The translations under genes were made by a program, and so were the position numbers. 64,000 bases of DNA from Eledone cirrhosa (taxonomy: Eukaryota). Shown piece by piece: positions 39,562 through 54,506 of the stretch (position 1 is the stretch's first letter; each line of letters begins with the position of its first letter). The notes under the pieces are model-generated. The model saw nothing but the letters and a program-made list of their open reading frames with translations. It ran no database searches and was not told where the DNA came from. Location of the stretch: the NCBI GenBank assembly GCA_964016885.1, contig OZ024740.1, forward strand, positions 218,426,001 to 218,490,000. The letters run 5' to 3'.

Positions 39562-41147
39562 ATATTGAACTCCTTTAACCATCTTTTGATCTTATATTAT
39601 GCATACTCCAGTCCCACAAACTGTAGAGTGCTTCTTATCCGATATCTGCATTGCTTTATTGTACTACAATAAAACTCACCTCCTACATTTATATATATAT
39701 ATATATATATATATCAGAGAGGAAGAGGATATTGGTATTTTCTTTTATCGACCCCTCAGAGTCAAACCCCGCCATTTTAAATTAGGAAGGACTGAAGGAC
39801 TATACACAAACCTTTGCGGTACCTGATCCGACTCTCTGTTCTCTAAGATCAAATCCCGCCGAGGTCAACTTTACTTTTCATCCATTAGAAGTCGATAAAA
39901 AAAAGTTCCATTCAAGTACTGGGGTCGATTCTTCTTGTATATCTCTTTCTCACTTCCTTTCTCTCACACTCTGTTCTTCTCTGGAAGAAATCTGCTGTAT
40001 TCAGACCTGGAGAGGAGATGTGGTCTGCCAGTCTTAAAATGACAGATAGTTTTGGGAGTTTAAATTTTTCCACTGTAGACAAAATAATTATAATTTTCAT
40101 TTTTTAAAATTCAAAGTTTCTGGTAGTTATACAAAATAATGAAATAAATATTAATTTTGAAAATGAAAATAGTTATTAACCTAAAATAAAATTAGATTTT
40201 AAAAATGTTCATTTGTATATTTACAATAAATATGTGTTATCAATAAAAATCATACTATTATACTCTGATAACAAAGTGAAGGGGTGGAGTTTTACTAAAA
40301 ATAAACTTAAAAAATTCCAGTCTGTGTTTTATTTATGTATTTTATCAATTTAAACGTTCGTATAGAGATAGTAAGCCATGACAGACTAAGAGAGAGAGAG
40401 GTATCTAATACTCTTAAAATGAAGAAATAAGAGAGAGATAGAGAAAAAAACTAAAGAAGTGAAGGACAACGGGAAGCAAATAAAAGCATAGATAAGAAAA
40501 GGTTGGCTCGCTTATACGTCCAAAGTCTGAGTAAGTAATTGTGAACAAATACAAGAGTATAGCGAATATATTTCCTATAACCTCGCTACTCAGACAATAT
40601 ATATACATATGTGTGGGTGTGTATATATACATATGTGTGTGTATGTATATATATATATATATATATATTCAATTTAAACGTCTGTATAAAGCTAGTAATC
40701 CATGACAGACTAGGGGAGTATCGAGTACTCCTTACAGACGGTTACCAAAAAGAGCTAGTGAGACAAGTAATAAAAAAAATTGATTAATAAGGGGGAGAAA
40801 AAAATAAAATTAAAATAAAATTTCAAATATTGAAGGCCGATAGGAGGCAGATTATGCATAAGAAAACGAAAAAGAAGAAAATAGGAATATATATATTAGT
40901 GAAAATAGTGCCTTCGTTGTATTCTTAACTAAATAAATTAGCCTAATGATTGGAGTTATAAAAACCCACGGAAATGAGCATTGGCGTACATGGGACACGA
41001 ACCCACATCTCTCGCTACCATGGCCATTGTGTTAAATTACATCAATACGTCACTCTCACACATTTCTATTAAATTTGAAGCTATATAATCATAGGGTATG
41101 AATACATATATATAAGATACAAAGCTTTTTCAAAAACTTTGTAACTT

Positions 41148-41192
<45 letters not shown>

Positions 41193-41244
41193 CCCTTTTA
41201 CTCTTTTACCTGTTCCGGCTGAGGCCATGCTGGGGCACCGCCCT

Positions 41245-41334
<90 letters not shown>

Positions 41335-41692
41335 GAGGTTATATTTAATTTGTTGGGATTCAACAAGCTTAAACATTTTTTATAACTGATATAAAGCACT
41401 CAACTGTTAGTGGAGTAAATATACAATATATTTCTTTCTCTTTCTTTTCTCTCCCCCTTTTTTTCAATATTCTTTTCTCTCTCCCTCTCAATACTTTTTC
41501 CTTTCTCTCTCCATCTCAATATTTGTTCTTTCCTTCTCTCTCTCTCAATATTGTCTTTTCTCTTTTTTCTTCTATCTCTCTTTCTTTCTCTTTCTATTCT
41601 CGTCTCTTTCTCTCCCATCTCACTATTCTCCCCCTCCCCCTTTCAATATATTTTTTCTCTCTATCTCTCTCCCTCTCAATTTTTTTTCTTTA

Positions 41693-42312
41693 TCTCTCTC
41701 CCTTTTACATCTATTTTTGTCTCTCTCCCTTTTACATCTATTTTTGTCTCTCTCCCTTTTACATCTATTTTTGTCTCTCTCCCTTTTACATCTATTTTTG
41801 TCTCTCTCCCTTTTACATCTATTTTTGTCTCTCTCCCTTTTACATCTATTTTTGTCTCTCTCCCTTTAACATCTATTTTTGTCTCTCTCCCTTTAACATC
41901 TATTTTTGTCTCTCTCCCTTTTACATCTATTTTTGTCTCTCTCCCTTTTACATCTATTTTTGTCTCTCTCCCTTTTTACATCTATTTTTGTCTCTCTCCC
42001 TTTAACATCTATTTTTGTCTCTCTCCCTTTTACATCTATTTTTGTCTCTCTCCCTTTAACATCTATTTTTGTCTCTCTCACTTTTACATCTATTTTTGTG
42101 TCTCTCCCTTTTACATCTATTTTTGTCTCTCTCCCTTTAACATCTATTTTTGTCTCTCTCCCTTTAACATCTTTTTTGTCTCTCTCCCTTTTACATCTAT
42201 TTTTGTCTCTCTCCCTTTAACATCTATTTTTGTCTCTCTCCCTTTAACATCTTTTTTGTCTCTCTGCCTTTTACATCTATTTTTGTCTCTCTCCCTTTTA
42301 CATCTATTTTTT
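41693..42312. repeat. 27-bp minisatellite, ~23 copies
   Basis: Unit tctctctcccttt(t/a)acatctatttttg. Confidence 0.95.
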
Positions 42313-42468
42313 CTTCCAACAGTTTAATTTAAATAAACCGTTGTTTTTTTCAATTTTTCTGACACTCATTTGCATACTCACTCACAACTTTGTATCACCC
42401 TCAAGTATCCCCACTATCCAGCGAATTTCAACCGTTGAGGTTGTCTTATTTCCGGGTATGTCAATATT

Positions 42469-42571
42469 TATTTATAAAACAAATCTGTATTTTATCTGAT
42501 GAAAGCGCACCATAATTTACCTTGGTTGCCCTTGAAATATATATAATAAATTAATTATGGTTTTATAAATA
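42469..42571 (+). ncRNA. Type I hammerhead ribozyme with extended stem I
   Basis: Distal stem tatttataaaac/gttttataaata; TTTAT-CTGATGA-AAGcGCACCA...TGGtTGCcCTT-GAA-ATATATAT-A-ATAAA. Confidence 0.8.
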
Positions 42572-42590
42572 TAGTTTCCATTTATTAATA

Positions 42591-42773
42591 TGGATTGGCA
42601 GTATCGGTAGAGGGTCGGACGCCATGCTTTCCAGCATAGTTACGTCCCTTTACGATCTGAGTTCAAATCCCGCCGAGGTTAACTTTGCCTTTCATCCTCA
42701 CGGGGTCGATAAAATAAAGTACCAGTAATGCACTGGGTTATTGCTGGCCTTGTGCCTAAAGTAGAAACAATTA
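42591..42773 (+). mobile_element. High-copy SINE directly downstream of a hammerhead
   Basis: Same family as 5284-5468. Confidence 0.85.
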
Positions 42774-42905
42774 ATATATTGTATATATATATATATCAAG
42801 TAAGAATATTTTCGAAACAGCGAGTTGGTTTGAAATTATTAGCTTACATTTCTAATATATATATATATATAGTTAAAAGAATAGAGGTGTAACACACAAG
42901 TTATT

Positions 42906-43302
42906 ATATATTGGTAAACGGAATAGAAAATGCTGACAAATTGTTCACAGTTGAAAAATGGTTTAATTAGGAATAAAAGAGTATTAGTGATTGTATGGGT
43001 TAGTATTCAGTTGTGGTTTTAAGTTTTTAAGTTTTTACCGGTTGCGCATTTCTAAATGCTTTTCAAAAATAATTTTGAGATAGAGTGTCCGTGTTGTTTG
43101 CTCTGATCTATCAGAGCAAACAACACGGACACTCTATCTCAAAATTATTTTTGAAAAGCATTTAGAAATGCGCAACCGGTAAAAACTTAAAAACTTAAAA
43201 CCACAACTGAATACTAACCCATACAATCACTAATACTCTTTTATTCCTAATTAAACCATTTTTCAACTGTGAACAATTTGTCAGCATTTTCTATTCCGTT
43301 TA

Positions 43303-43311
<9 letters not shown>
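42906..43311. repeat. Inverted repeat with ~202-bp arms and 2-nt spacer; each arm has a mutated U3-A8 hammerhead
   Basis: Centre gctctgat-ct-atcagagc. 43148-43184 reads TTT-TTGAAAA-GCATT taga AATGC-GcA-ACCGGT-A-AAA. Confidence 0.9.
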
Positions 43312-43348
<37 letters not shown>

Positions 43349-43482
43349 TAAAATAACAGATTAAAGCAATTCGTTGCTTAAACTTTAATCTGTTATGTTA
43401 ATAGATATATTTATATATATATAATCCTTATCGAGCCCTCTTCAGATTTTAGTCTTCACATTTTTTATTACTATTATTATTA

Positions 43483-43547
<65 letters not shown>

Positions 43548-43959
43548 CAGGCAGATATGAGAGTCCCATACGCAGAAAATAATTGCAATAACAGTTGTTC
43601 ACTATGAATGATTGAGAGATTGGGTAAATTACCCTTTAGTGATCGACTGTTTTTACAGTTCTTTTCAGCGTTTGGGTTTTCCACATTTTCAACTTTCAAC
43701 GATCGAAACATTTTAAGGGTAATTGTAGGGTTTACACGTGACAAATAATATCTACACTCTAGTTTGTTTTGATGTATGAAATACTAAACTGAGAAGATAA
43801 CTAGTCTTTAACTAGCAACATCTTATCTACTCACAACAAAACACACACATACATGTTTCCTAACCTTTCTTAGTTGCTTTCTCCGCTTCACTCATCAATA
43901 AATCTTTTTACTCTTCTTTTGCATACACATTCGTTCACACTTTCTTACACTCTCTTACT

Positions 43960-44028
<69 letters not shown>

Positions 44029-44418
44029 TATATGTGTGTGTGTGTAGGAGGCGAGTTTTATTGTAGCAAAATAAAGCAATGCAAATATCGGATAAGTAGC
44101 ACTCTACAGTTTGTAGGACTGGAGTATAAATAATTGTCTCTACTTTAGGCACATGGCCAGCAATTACCCAGTGCATTACTGGTACTTTATTTTATCGACC
44201 CCGTAAGGATGAAAGGCAAAGTCAACCTCGGCGGGATTTGAACTCAGATCGTAAAGGGGCGTAACTATGCTGGAAAGCATGGCGTCCGACCCTCTACCGA
44301 TACTGCCAATAAATAATACAAGATCAAAAGATGGTTAAAAGGGTTCCAAGTATTTTATTATGCGCATTTCAAAAACAAATATCATCAAAGTGTTTTTAAG
44401 CTTCATATCATGTCTCCC

Positions 44419-44489
44419 TATTTTATCTGATGAGAACGCAGATACCATCCCATGATGATATTTGTTTTTGAAATGCGCATAATAAAATA
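44419..44489 (+). ncRNA. Type I hammerhead ribozyme (same family as 39493)
   Basis: TATTTTAT-CTGATGA-stem II-GAA-ATGCGCAT-A-ATAAAATA. It is preceded by an inverted partial copy (44043-44389) that contains a SINE (44130-44310). Confidence 0.8.
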
Positions 44490-44615
44490 CTTGAAACTCT
44501 TTTAACCATCTTTTGATCTTATATTATATATATATATATATATATACGCACAATATCAATATCGCCCCGCTCTCTCATTATATATATATATGCATGTATG
44601 TATATGTATATATAG

Positions 44616-45076
<461 letters not shown>

Positions 45077-45250
45077 ATGTGTGTGTAGACTCTCTGTCTC
45101 AATTATTTTCATTACATCAAAGACAACATTGTTTTTACTACTGACCTCAAATTCAATGTCTCGAACACTGAATTATGCAATCGACAACCATTGGTCAGAA
45201 ACTAATACAAACACTGTAAGCTAAAACTATATACACTCCTTCAACACTCA

Positions 45251-45291
<41 letters not shown>

Positions 45292-45379
45292 TCTATATAT
45301 GTATAACCCCCCCCCCCCCCTCAACCCAACCCCCCACCTATATATATATGTATACACATTCATATTATATATATGTGTG

Positions 45380-45413
<34 letters not shown>

Positions 45414-45644
45414 GGTAAGCATGTATGCATAAATATATGTGTGGGAGGTGTGGTAGGGACGTTAAAGGCACGTCTATTTTCGTGTTTCAAATTCTTTTAT
45501 TAGGACCTCCTTGTAGTTTCTGCTGTTTGGCTGGTTGTTTAGAATAACAAAGTTCTCAAGTGAATAGTTTACGTTTCTAGACTTTCACAGTCTCATCATG
45601 TTTAACGATGAATGTTTGAAAGAAAAACCAGACCATTCCTCATT

Positions 45645-45743
<99 letters not shown>

Positions 45744-45753
45744 ATTGATATAT

Positions 45754-45796
<43 letters not shown>

Positions 45797-46061
45797 AGTC
45801 AGGACCCCGACGGCTGAGCTCCGGCCGTTTCGACAGTTAGATCCGGGGCTCAGCTGTCAGGGTTCTGACTCTTTTCTTATTACCGACTCTCTTACCCTAA
45901 GTATTGAGTACTCTGGTGCGTTATGATCCACCTGGTATCTTACCACACCCGTTTTATTATACATATATACAGAGAGGGATATATATATATACACAGATAT
46001 ATATATATATATATATATATAAACAAAAATATATATACACACATAAAAACAAAGATATATA

Positions 46062-46107
<46 letters not shown>

Positions 46108-46359
46108 TACATATTATATAACGACTACTTTTTCAAACACGAAGAGAGAAAGTCTTTCTTCTGAAAGTCTGTTTTTGTGCAACTAATAACTAACTAGTAG
46201 CGTGTGGTGTATGTATAGGTTTTCTTTTAATTGTTTGTTGTTGTTGTAGGTGATGGGTGTATCTAGTGGTTAGTGCCTACTAAATCTGTTTACGAAAACG
46301 TTCCAACCCAATAGACATTACTGGTAGTCATGTTTTCATCATTGATGTATGTGTTTGCG

Positions 46360-46419
<60 letters not shown>

Positions 46420-46440
46420 ATCACACTCACACACACACAC

Positions 46441-46477
<37 letters not shown>

Positions 46478-46803
46478 AAAGGCAAACAGAAATAACTAAG
46501 CAAACGACACAGTGCAATGAATAAATATATTACTAGTTTTACCCTTGATATAGTAAGAAAAGAGCCTTTACGTTTCGAACGCTAGTCCTTCATTAGAAAA
46601 AAGATTGAGGAAACATTCAGTGCAGAAAAGGAAAAATAACAGGTGCATTCATGTTGCCATCATATAACTATGTAGTACCAGTTGGAATTTACTTCATTTA
46701 TTTATTAATGGTTTAATGTTATTGTGGTAGAGCTATCTCTGGCAAATAGCTAGTGGCCTTGTACATCCTTTGTATTGAGGGTGTGAGGCTGTTTATTCTA
46801 CGT

Positions 46804-48929
46804 CAGGGGTGTGCAACATATTCCATTGGCGGGCCACTTTTGAACATTGGAACAACTATTAGGGCCATTAATATTTATTAAGCACTATTCCAAAGATTCA
46901 CCACAACCCCTTTCCATAACATGGAACTGGGGAATTATAACACACATAACCTTGTCAGTGAAGCCCTTTAGTATAGGGCAACTAACAAACCTTTAAATCA
47001 AGGGAGATAATTCCAATAATATCAGTTAATAGATGGAGTGGATTTTGTTTCTGAAGCAAACTGGGGAAAGTAATGGACTTGTTTCCGTCTTATTAAAACT
47101 TATCAACGAAGCATATATTACTTTGTAAGACATAGAATTTGTTGTTTAGCCCAAGCGTTGCTTGACAAGACCTACCCTATGATCAAAGCATCCCAGTCGT
47201 GGCTCTTCCGTCTTTTTCCTATTTGCTGAAAAATCAGCATCATATTCATTATTGCATTTATTCCGGTTCATTGCATTCCGAGTTTATGGCCCCCATTGAT
47301 GGTAGATTTCATTCGTCACCTGATTTGAAAGAACCATTTTTTTTATTTAGCTAATTATTTTGTTTTCTCGTCCATTATAAAAGTCTGTATTGCTAGTCAA
47401 TGAAATTATTGTTATCAAATTGTGGTTCAAACCTTATGGTTCCGGTAATCAAAACTGACTGCATGTGGCAATCAGTTAACACTAACCTATAAATGGATTT
47501 AATATACGCCATCTTTGAAAATGTGTTTTTCCTTTTGTACTTGTCTTTTAGCATGTCATTTGGCTGCAACTAAACAATTTCCAATCGTTGATCTGATAGA
47601 AGTTCTTCGATAATGCAGTCAAATGGATTTTAAAAGATTCTTAATGCCTTTGTGTTTTTATCGAGATCTGAAAAAAAAAAAAAACTTTCGAAACTGTAGC
47701 TTCACACAAGAGAGAAAGAATGTCTTGAGTAAATTTGAAAGAAATTGGAAAATTTTCTCATGTATATGTCACATATAAACTTAGAATTACCTTGTAACCT
47801 AAGATTGAACTCGTTAATATGCATCATTAATTCAGCCAAGAATGCCAATTTCTGCAACTATTCACTGAAAGTGCAGCTAAGTATGATTCTTATGAAAAAA
47901 AAATTTCCATCCGAAGTTTTAAAATAGTCATGAGATAACTTTACCGCATCTAAATAATATTACAGCTGTGTAGTACGGTAAAATGTAACATTCAGCTTCT
48001 ATTTCTTCAAAACATGTTACAAACTGGCGATGATTGAACATCATGCGAGCGAATAAAATTCACTGGTCATATAGATCTAAATGTTTTCCATGATATGCTT
48101 GCTGATGAATGATGCAGTGAAACAGTATAGGTTTTGTACACACCATGCTCTTACAAGTGTTTTTATATATTTATAAAATAAAACTTTTTCCTATATCTCA
48201 CATTTTTACATCATTAATACACTTTAGACGTCTCCAAACTAGACTGTACATAGTCAATATTTACAACACTTCTTTCAAAATGTTTTCACCTGTAATTCTT
48301 CCGTACATGTTGCTCACTAAAGCTAAGTCTTCCATCGCTTCAATGTTAGTATTAACGAACAGTGGCGGCATTATATTGTCAAAGGCCAGGGAAAAAAACC
48401 ATTGGAAATCTTGTGTATTGGTTAATTGCCACAGGCTACTGACTCTTAAGCCTTACACTCTGTTTTTGCAGACAGATAAATATTTTTTTGATAATTTTCT
48501 TTGTGGACATACTTCGTCAGCTGTTGCTATCATACAAGATTTCATTAATTCACTGCTGGTACATGGTTTTCTTTTCTTAGCTACCGAATAAGCTGCTCTC
48601 AAACCTGCGTTTGTTGCAGCTGCGTTATTAGCACTTATCCTATTTAAAAACTGTTCTAGTATATTCTGTTGTAACGAAATGCTCCTTCATATTTCTCCTG
48701 GCGCAGCTGCCATGTTAGATGAGAATAGGGACTTGAATTGGTAATGCCAGCGTATATTATATTCCTTTAGCACTGTAACAGTCTCGCTGTATATCACTAA
48801 TAATACTTTGTTGCAATTATTTGTTATTTTGTTTGTTATTTTTTCAGTTACAAAATAATTTCTTCTTCTTTGTTATTTAAAGACGCAATATACAGAGTTA
48901 ATTTTTCGCCTTTTATCTTGTGACATTTC

Positions 48930-48971
<42 letters not shown>

Positions 48972-50259
48972 ATTTATCCCGAGTTCAATCGGGGGTAATC
49001 ACAGTAAGGTACTCAATACATAGCAGAGAATAAATGGCTTCTACAGGACAGGACTAGAAGTGTTTAATTCGGAGGATATATATAGGTAAAAAGTCAGGAC
49101 CCCTACGGCTGAGCTCCTGCCGTTTCGACAGCTATATATATATATATATATATAGGTTTTCGCTTCAAAATAAACCAAACCAAAAACAGTTAAATCACAA
49201 GTGTTCTTATAATAGTAGTATGATACATCATGTTGAAAATGGTCAATAACGCATACGAAGAAATATAACATTAATGAATATAATTTTAAGGAGTGAATTA
49301 TACATATTTTCGTGTATATAACGTCAATAGTTGTGATCGTCATTAGAGAAAATGGTGTTATTTGCATACGTGACTTGATGGAAGGTGATTCAGCCAGTTT
49401 GTTTCTTCTTGAGCTTAAACATACCTTGTTATGTAAGACAGTAAAACAGGTGAGTGGACAAATAACCGATGTAAACATGTGCTGCTTTTGACAATGGAAA
49501 GAATAAGAAAGGACAGCTGCTAAAACTACTGAATACTAAGTGAAAAAAGAGGGAAAGCTTTTCATGAGTTTTACAATATATATTGAAAATGGTTGCCAAA
49601 GTACAAGTCTTTGATTTGTACTTACAAAACCCCAATGAGAAGTTAACCACGTCACCTGTTGTAATTAAGGAATCTTTGCACATTTAATATAGATGTAGAA
49701 TTCTCGAATGATTGCGAAGTTCGCTTCGCAATCTTTAGGTCCCAGGTTCGATCCTAATGTGTAGCATCTTGTGCAAGTGTCATTTATCATAGCCTCACTT
49801 CCAACCATGCCCTTGTGAATGAAACAGGGTAGACGAAAACTGTTGGATGGACTGTACCTCTAATTCAAAGGGTCAGTTTTTCTGCTACAAAACTTTTACT
49901 ATGGGAGCCCACTAATGTGAAACACAAACACAGAAGACTTCTCAAGATATTGAAGAAAATAATTTAGGAAAATACAGGATTATCTGGTGAAAAAATGAGG
50001 CAGTTGGATCGTATGAGATGGGAAAGGTTTTATCATGTCACCATAAAGAAGTGGATGAATGTAATAGTAGTTAGTAGTATTGATTCATTTGACACCACTG
50101 AAAAAAAAATATAAACTGTTGCTCTATTTTTCAATACTAAATTTTATTGTTCGCTTATCAAAGATAGATAAGAAAGGCAATTTATTCTATGTAACATCAT
50201 ATATTCAATGGAGTTGGTGAATCAGATTTGGGCCACGGGCCGTAGGTCGCTGACCTCTG
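46804..50259 (-). mobile_element. Decayed hAT (Charlie/Buster-like) DNA transposon with nested insertions
   Basis: Ends caggggtgtgcaac and (reverse) cagaggtcagcgacctacggcccgtggccc enclose a transposase remnant. No clear 8-bp TSD. Confidence 0.65.
47380..48926 (-). pseudogene. hAT transposase pseudogene (GTF2IRD2/SPIN-like)
   Basis: Broken minus-strand frames: MSQDKRRKI..., VLKEYNIRWHY, AKKRKP...MKSCM...EVCP, GRITGENI, FHCIIHQQ, NHRQF, LTDCHM. Many stops and frameshifts. Confidence 0.85.
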
Positions 50260-50639
50260 CTGTTTTTGTGCCATGTAGTATGGTTCAACTGATTTACCAC
50301 AAACGCTAAGAATCATGTTTCATCTTCTGCTTTGCGGGGTATGAATGTGCTTCATAATTTCCTATAGATCTGCCTCCCATTCACCACTGCCACGTGCACC
50401 TCTAACATTCATTCTATTCGTTCGATTAGGAAGCTGAGTTAGAGTTATTGTTTTACATCGTTTTCAACTGAGTGGACTGGAGCAACATCAAATGAAATAC
50501 CGTGTTGGAAATCGAACCCCACCTTATAATTTTAATACCGAACATCATAATCACTAGTTCACGCGACTTCGCACATCAAGAATACTCTACGTATATATAT
50601 TGTATGTGTGTATTATGTATATATATATATATATATATA

Positions 50640-50763
50640 TATGATAGGGATAAACACTGATACAAGTATACATGTGTTCGCATTGCAAATGACCAAGTTA
50701 GCTAACTTGGTCATTTGCAATGTAAACACATGTATACTTGTATCAGTATTTATGCCTATCATA
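50640..50763. repeat. Spacer-less palindrome with ~62-bp arms, next to (TA)n
   Basis: Centre ccaagttag/ctaacttgg. Arms contain (G/A)AAC-ACAT-GTA, possibly the 3' half of a hammerhead. Confidence 0.85.
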
Positions 50764-50821
50764 TTACACGGCTCGGAAATATTCCTTTCTTTGAGCTATT
50801 TAATTGTGAAAGACTATTTAA

Positions 50822-50853
<32 letters not shown>

Positions 50854-51193
50854 CAATAATTGTTTCTACATTTGGAACAAGGCCAGTAATTATCCCAGTG
50901 TATTACTGGTACTTTATTTTATCGACACCGTAAGGATGAAACGCAAAGGTAACCTCGGCGCGATTTGAACTCACATCATAAAGGGCCGAAACTCGTTGCT
51001 GCAAAGCATGGCATCCGACCCTCTACCGATACTGCCAAGAGTAAAATCGAAGTTGAGGCAACGGCTCGCATCCCACTCAATAAGATGATATTGATGAATT
51101 GAATCTTAGGGTAATAAACATAAGTTAAAGGTGTACAAATTGAAAACCGTGGTTAAGTGGAGAATGCCACAGATGCCACCACAACGACAAAAC

Positions 51194-51291
<98 letters not shown>

Positions 51292-51342
51292 TGTATATAT
51301 ATATGATGTGAGAAAAACCACCGACCCTCCATCTCAACTCTA

Positions 51343-51378
51343 CTTTTGAAAAGCAGAAGAACTGCGAAACCGGTAAAG
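51343..51378 (+). ncRNA. Minimal type I hammerhead, U3-A8 variant
   Basis: CTT-TTGAAAA-GCAG aagaa CTGC-GAA-ACCGGT-A-AAG. Confidence 0.65.
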
Positions 51379-51456
51379 GAACCAAATAAATATATATATT
51401 TTTGTTAAAATAAGACTCCAGTTGCATTTTCGATTTCATCTTTTTTTCTTTATATA

Positions 51457-51502
<46 letters not shown>

Positions 51503-51558
51503 TATATATATATATTTATATATATATATTTATATATATATTTATATATATTTATATA

Positions 51559-51603
<45 letters not shown>

Positions 51604-51620
51604 CAAGGACGAATGATTAC

Positions 51621-51730
51621 GCCTTCATTACGCTTATTGGATGATGACACGTGTTTCGCTACTGATCAGCTCAAGGTTCGATCTGGCCCGACTCTGGAAT
51701 AAAAAGCTCGTCGGACCTCTGTAATATGGC
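51621..51730 (-). ncRNA. Type I hammerhead variant (U4C core, large stem-II insert)
   Basis: Minus strand: GCC..ATTAC-aga-GGT-CCGACGA-GCT...AGC-GAA-ACACGTGT-C-ATC...GTAAT...GGC. Confidence 0.65.
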
Positions 51731-51883
51731 AGAATGAATATACATGTCATATAAAAAGTCTAACATTCATATGTTGGTCAGTTTATGTTGTTTTAATTGG
51801 TGGGTTAAGAACAAGATTCAATCTCTATCGATCTGTATCTGCTTACCTGGTTGAACCTACAGTAACTTTGCGTTACACTCCCT

Positions 51884-51927
<44 letters not shown>

Positions 51928-52115
51928 ATTCAGCGAGAATCGCATTTTCAGCGGGCAGGAAAAGCGAAGCGAAACGCAAAAATCAGAAATGATACTTGAA
52001 AAGTGCTCAATAGTTAAAAACCAGAGCTAAACAATGTGTTAACGGGTGTGTATACAGTTATGCATTTATTGGTCCGTATACTGCTACGTTCTTGTGTTTG
52101 CGTGCATATTTGTTA

Positions 52116-52176
<61 letters not shown>

Positions 52177-52257
52177 ATATATATTTATATATTTATATAT
52201 ATATATATTTATATATATATATATTTATATATATATATATTTATATATATATATATT

Positions 52258-52306
<49 letters not shown>

Positions 52307-52312
52307 ATATTT

Positions 52313-52344
<32 letters not shown>

Positions 52345-52558
52345 ATATATATATATATTTATTTATTTATATATTTATTTATTTATATATATATTTATTT
52401 ATTTATATATATATTTATTTATATATATATTTATTTATATATATATATATATTTATATATTTATTTATATATATATAAATATATATATATATAAATATAT
52501 ATATATATAAATATATATATATATAAATATATATATATATAAATATATAAATATATAT

Positions 52559-52591
<33 letters not shown>

Positions 52592-52619
52592 TAAATATAA
52601 ATATATATATATTTATATT

Positions 52620-52692
<73 letters not shown>

Positions 52693-52700
52693 ATATATAT

Positions 52701-52776
<76 letters not shown>

Positions 52777-52781
52777 TAAAT

Positions 52782-52838
<57 letters not shown>

Positions 52839-53082
52839 AATATATATTAAGACTAATCTATGGGTACATATATACAGGAATAATATTTCTAGGTGCGGTT
52901 GATCTTATTACCAGCTCCTTTTACTTACCCTTTCTACTTACCTCCCTATTTCTCTCTCTTACTCTTTACTTGAACTCCACCTTTACCTTATGGCTTGCCT
53001 GGATCTTTCTACTCGCCTACGCCCCCGCATCAAATCTCTGTCTCTCCCCCTCCTTAACATCGGATCCCAGACGTTTAACGCC

Positions 53083-53147
<65 letters not shown>

Positions 53148-53380
53148 TCAGCCTGCCATCATTACTTACTTCTTCACACCACTACTCCAACTTCAATGCC
53201 TTCTTCATTTACCTCCTAACTGGCCAAATACCAGTACCTCTTTGTCTTTCTGTCTCTTCTTTTTTTTCTTTTTCTTTTTCGTTTTCTTTTTCTTTTTCTT
53301 CTCGAACGATGGACAAAGCTCGGAGACGTTATAATCTTTATTCCTTGTGGCAATTAGAACACCATGTTATATATACTCTC

Positions 53381-53488
<108 letters not shown>

Positions 53489-53958
53489 ATAAGAAAATGT
53501 TAAGTAGTCTTAGCTGTTGAAGACCTTTATATGTGTGTGATGGCTATCGAATATGACAACTTGTATGCACTTGTATAGACGTTTGGTGACCAAGTCACAG
53601 ATGTAGAAGAACTTTGATACTTCATAATGTATAATAAATATTATTACAAAATAAAACAAAAGTGAATATGGCGTATGTTTTAATCTGCTCACCATGATTT
53701 CAACACGATGTATTTGCTTAATTTATTTAACATGGTGTGATTGTTTCCTCTATTGCTTCACTAGCTACTATGTGGCTTTTTTCTTCGATTGTTTCTTTGT
53801 TTTCCTTTTTCTTTCTCCCTCTTCTGATGAAAGACTGTTGCCCGAAACGAATATACATATATTTAAATATGTATTTAGGGATTGTAACGCCCATTTCCAG
53901 TAGGTTCACCAGAGTGACCACTCGATGTGTAGTTTCCAGGGAGTATGGAAGTGTAGCA

Positions 53959-54000
<42 letters not shown>

Positions 54001-54506
54001 AGAAGAGAGATATAGACAGAGACACACGGAGACGTGCACTTCATTGTCTCTATGAAACGACAACGCTATACAGTATACATATAAGAGAACATTCTGTTTA
54101 CATAAATATGTATATGTGCTTCCTCCCCGTGTCGTTTGTCTATTCTGCTAGTATTTCTTAGTGGATGTTTTGCTTGTCTGTGTATGTTAGTGTCGGTTGT
54201 GAATGTTTAATCTGGTGAGAAAGACACCGAATGTCAGGTTTAACTCTTGCAATGTTGTTAATATTCGCGGAAACAGTTGGACTGCCTCTAAGCCATATAA
54301 ATATTTTATTGTGTTTGTCAGATTTAGCAATATGTACCCGGCGATGCGGATGTTTTGTAGTGTGGTCACACAAGGAAGGTTAGTCAGTACAAAATGGCTG
54401 AATATGTGTACACACGCACAACACACGCACGCACGCACGCACACACTGTACACACGCATGTAGAGTTAGGTGGAGAAAGAGTATTATTATCATTATTATT
54501 ATTATT

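Noticed and set aside
46565-46600. Minus-strand HHR relic CTAATGA-A-GGAC tagc GTTC-GAAACGTA (related: 53824-53848, 45570-45599)
   Set aside because: Core or stem mutations make activity unlikely. These were not counted as intact ribozymes.
48145-48591. 148-aa plus-strand ORF
   Set aside because: It is the antisense shadow of the hAT transposase pseudogene.
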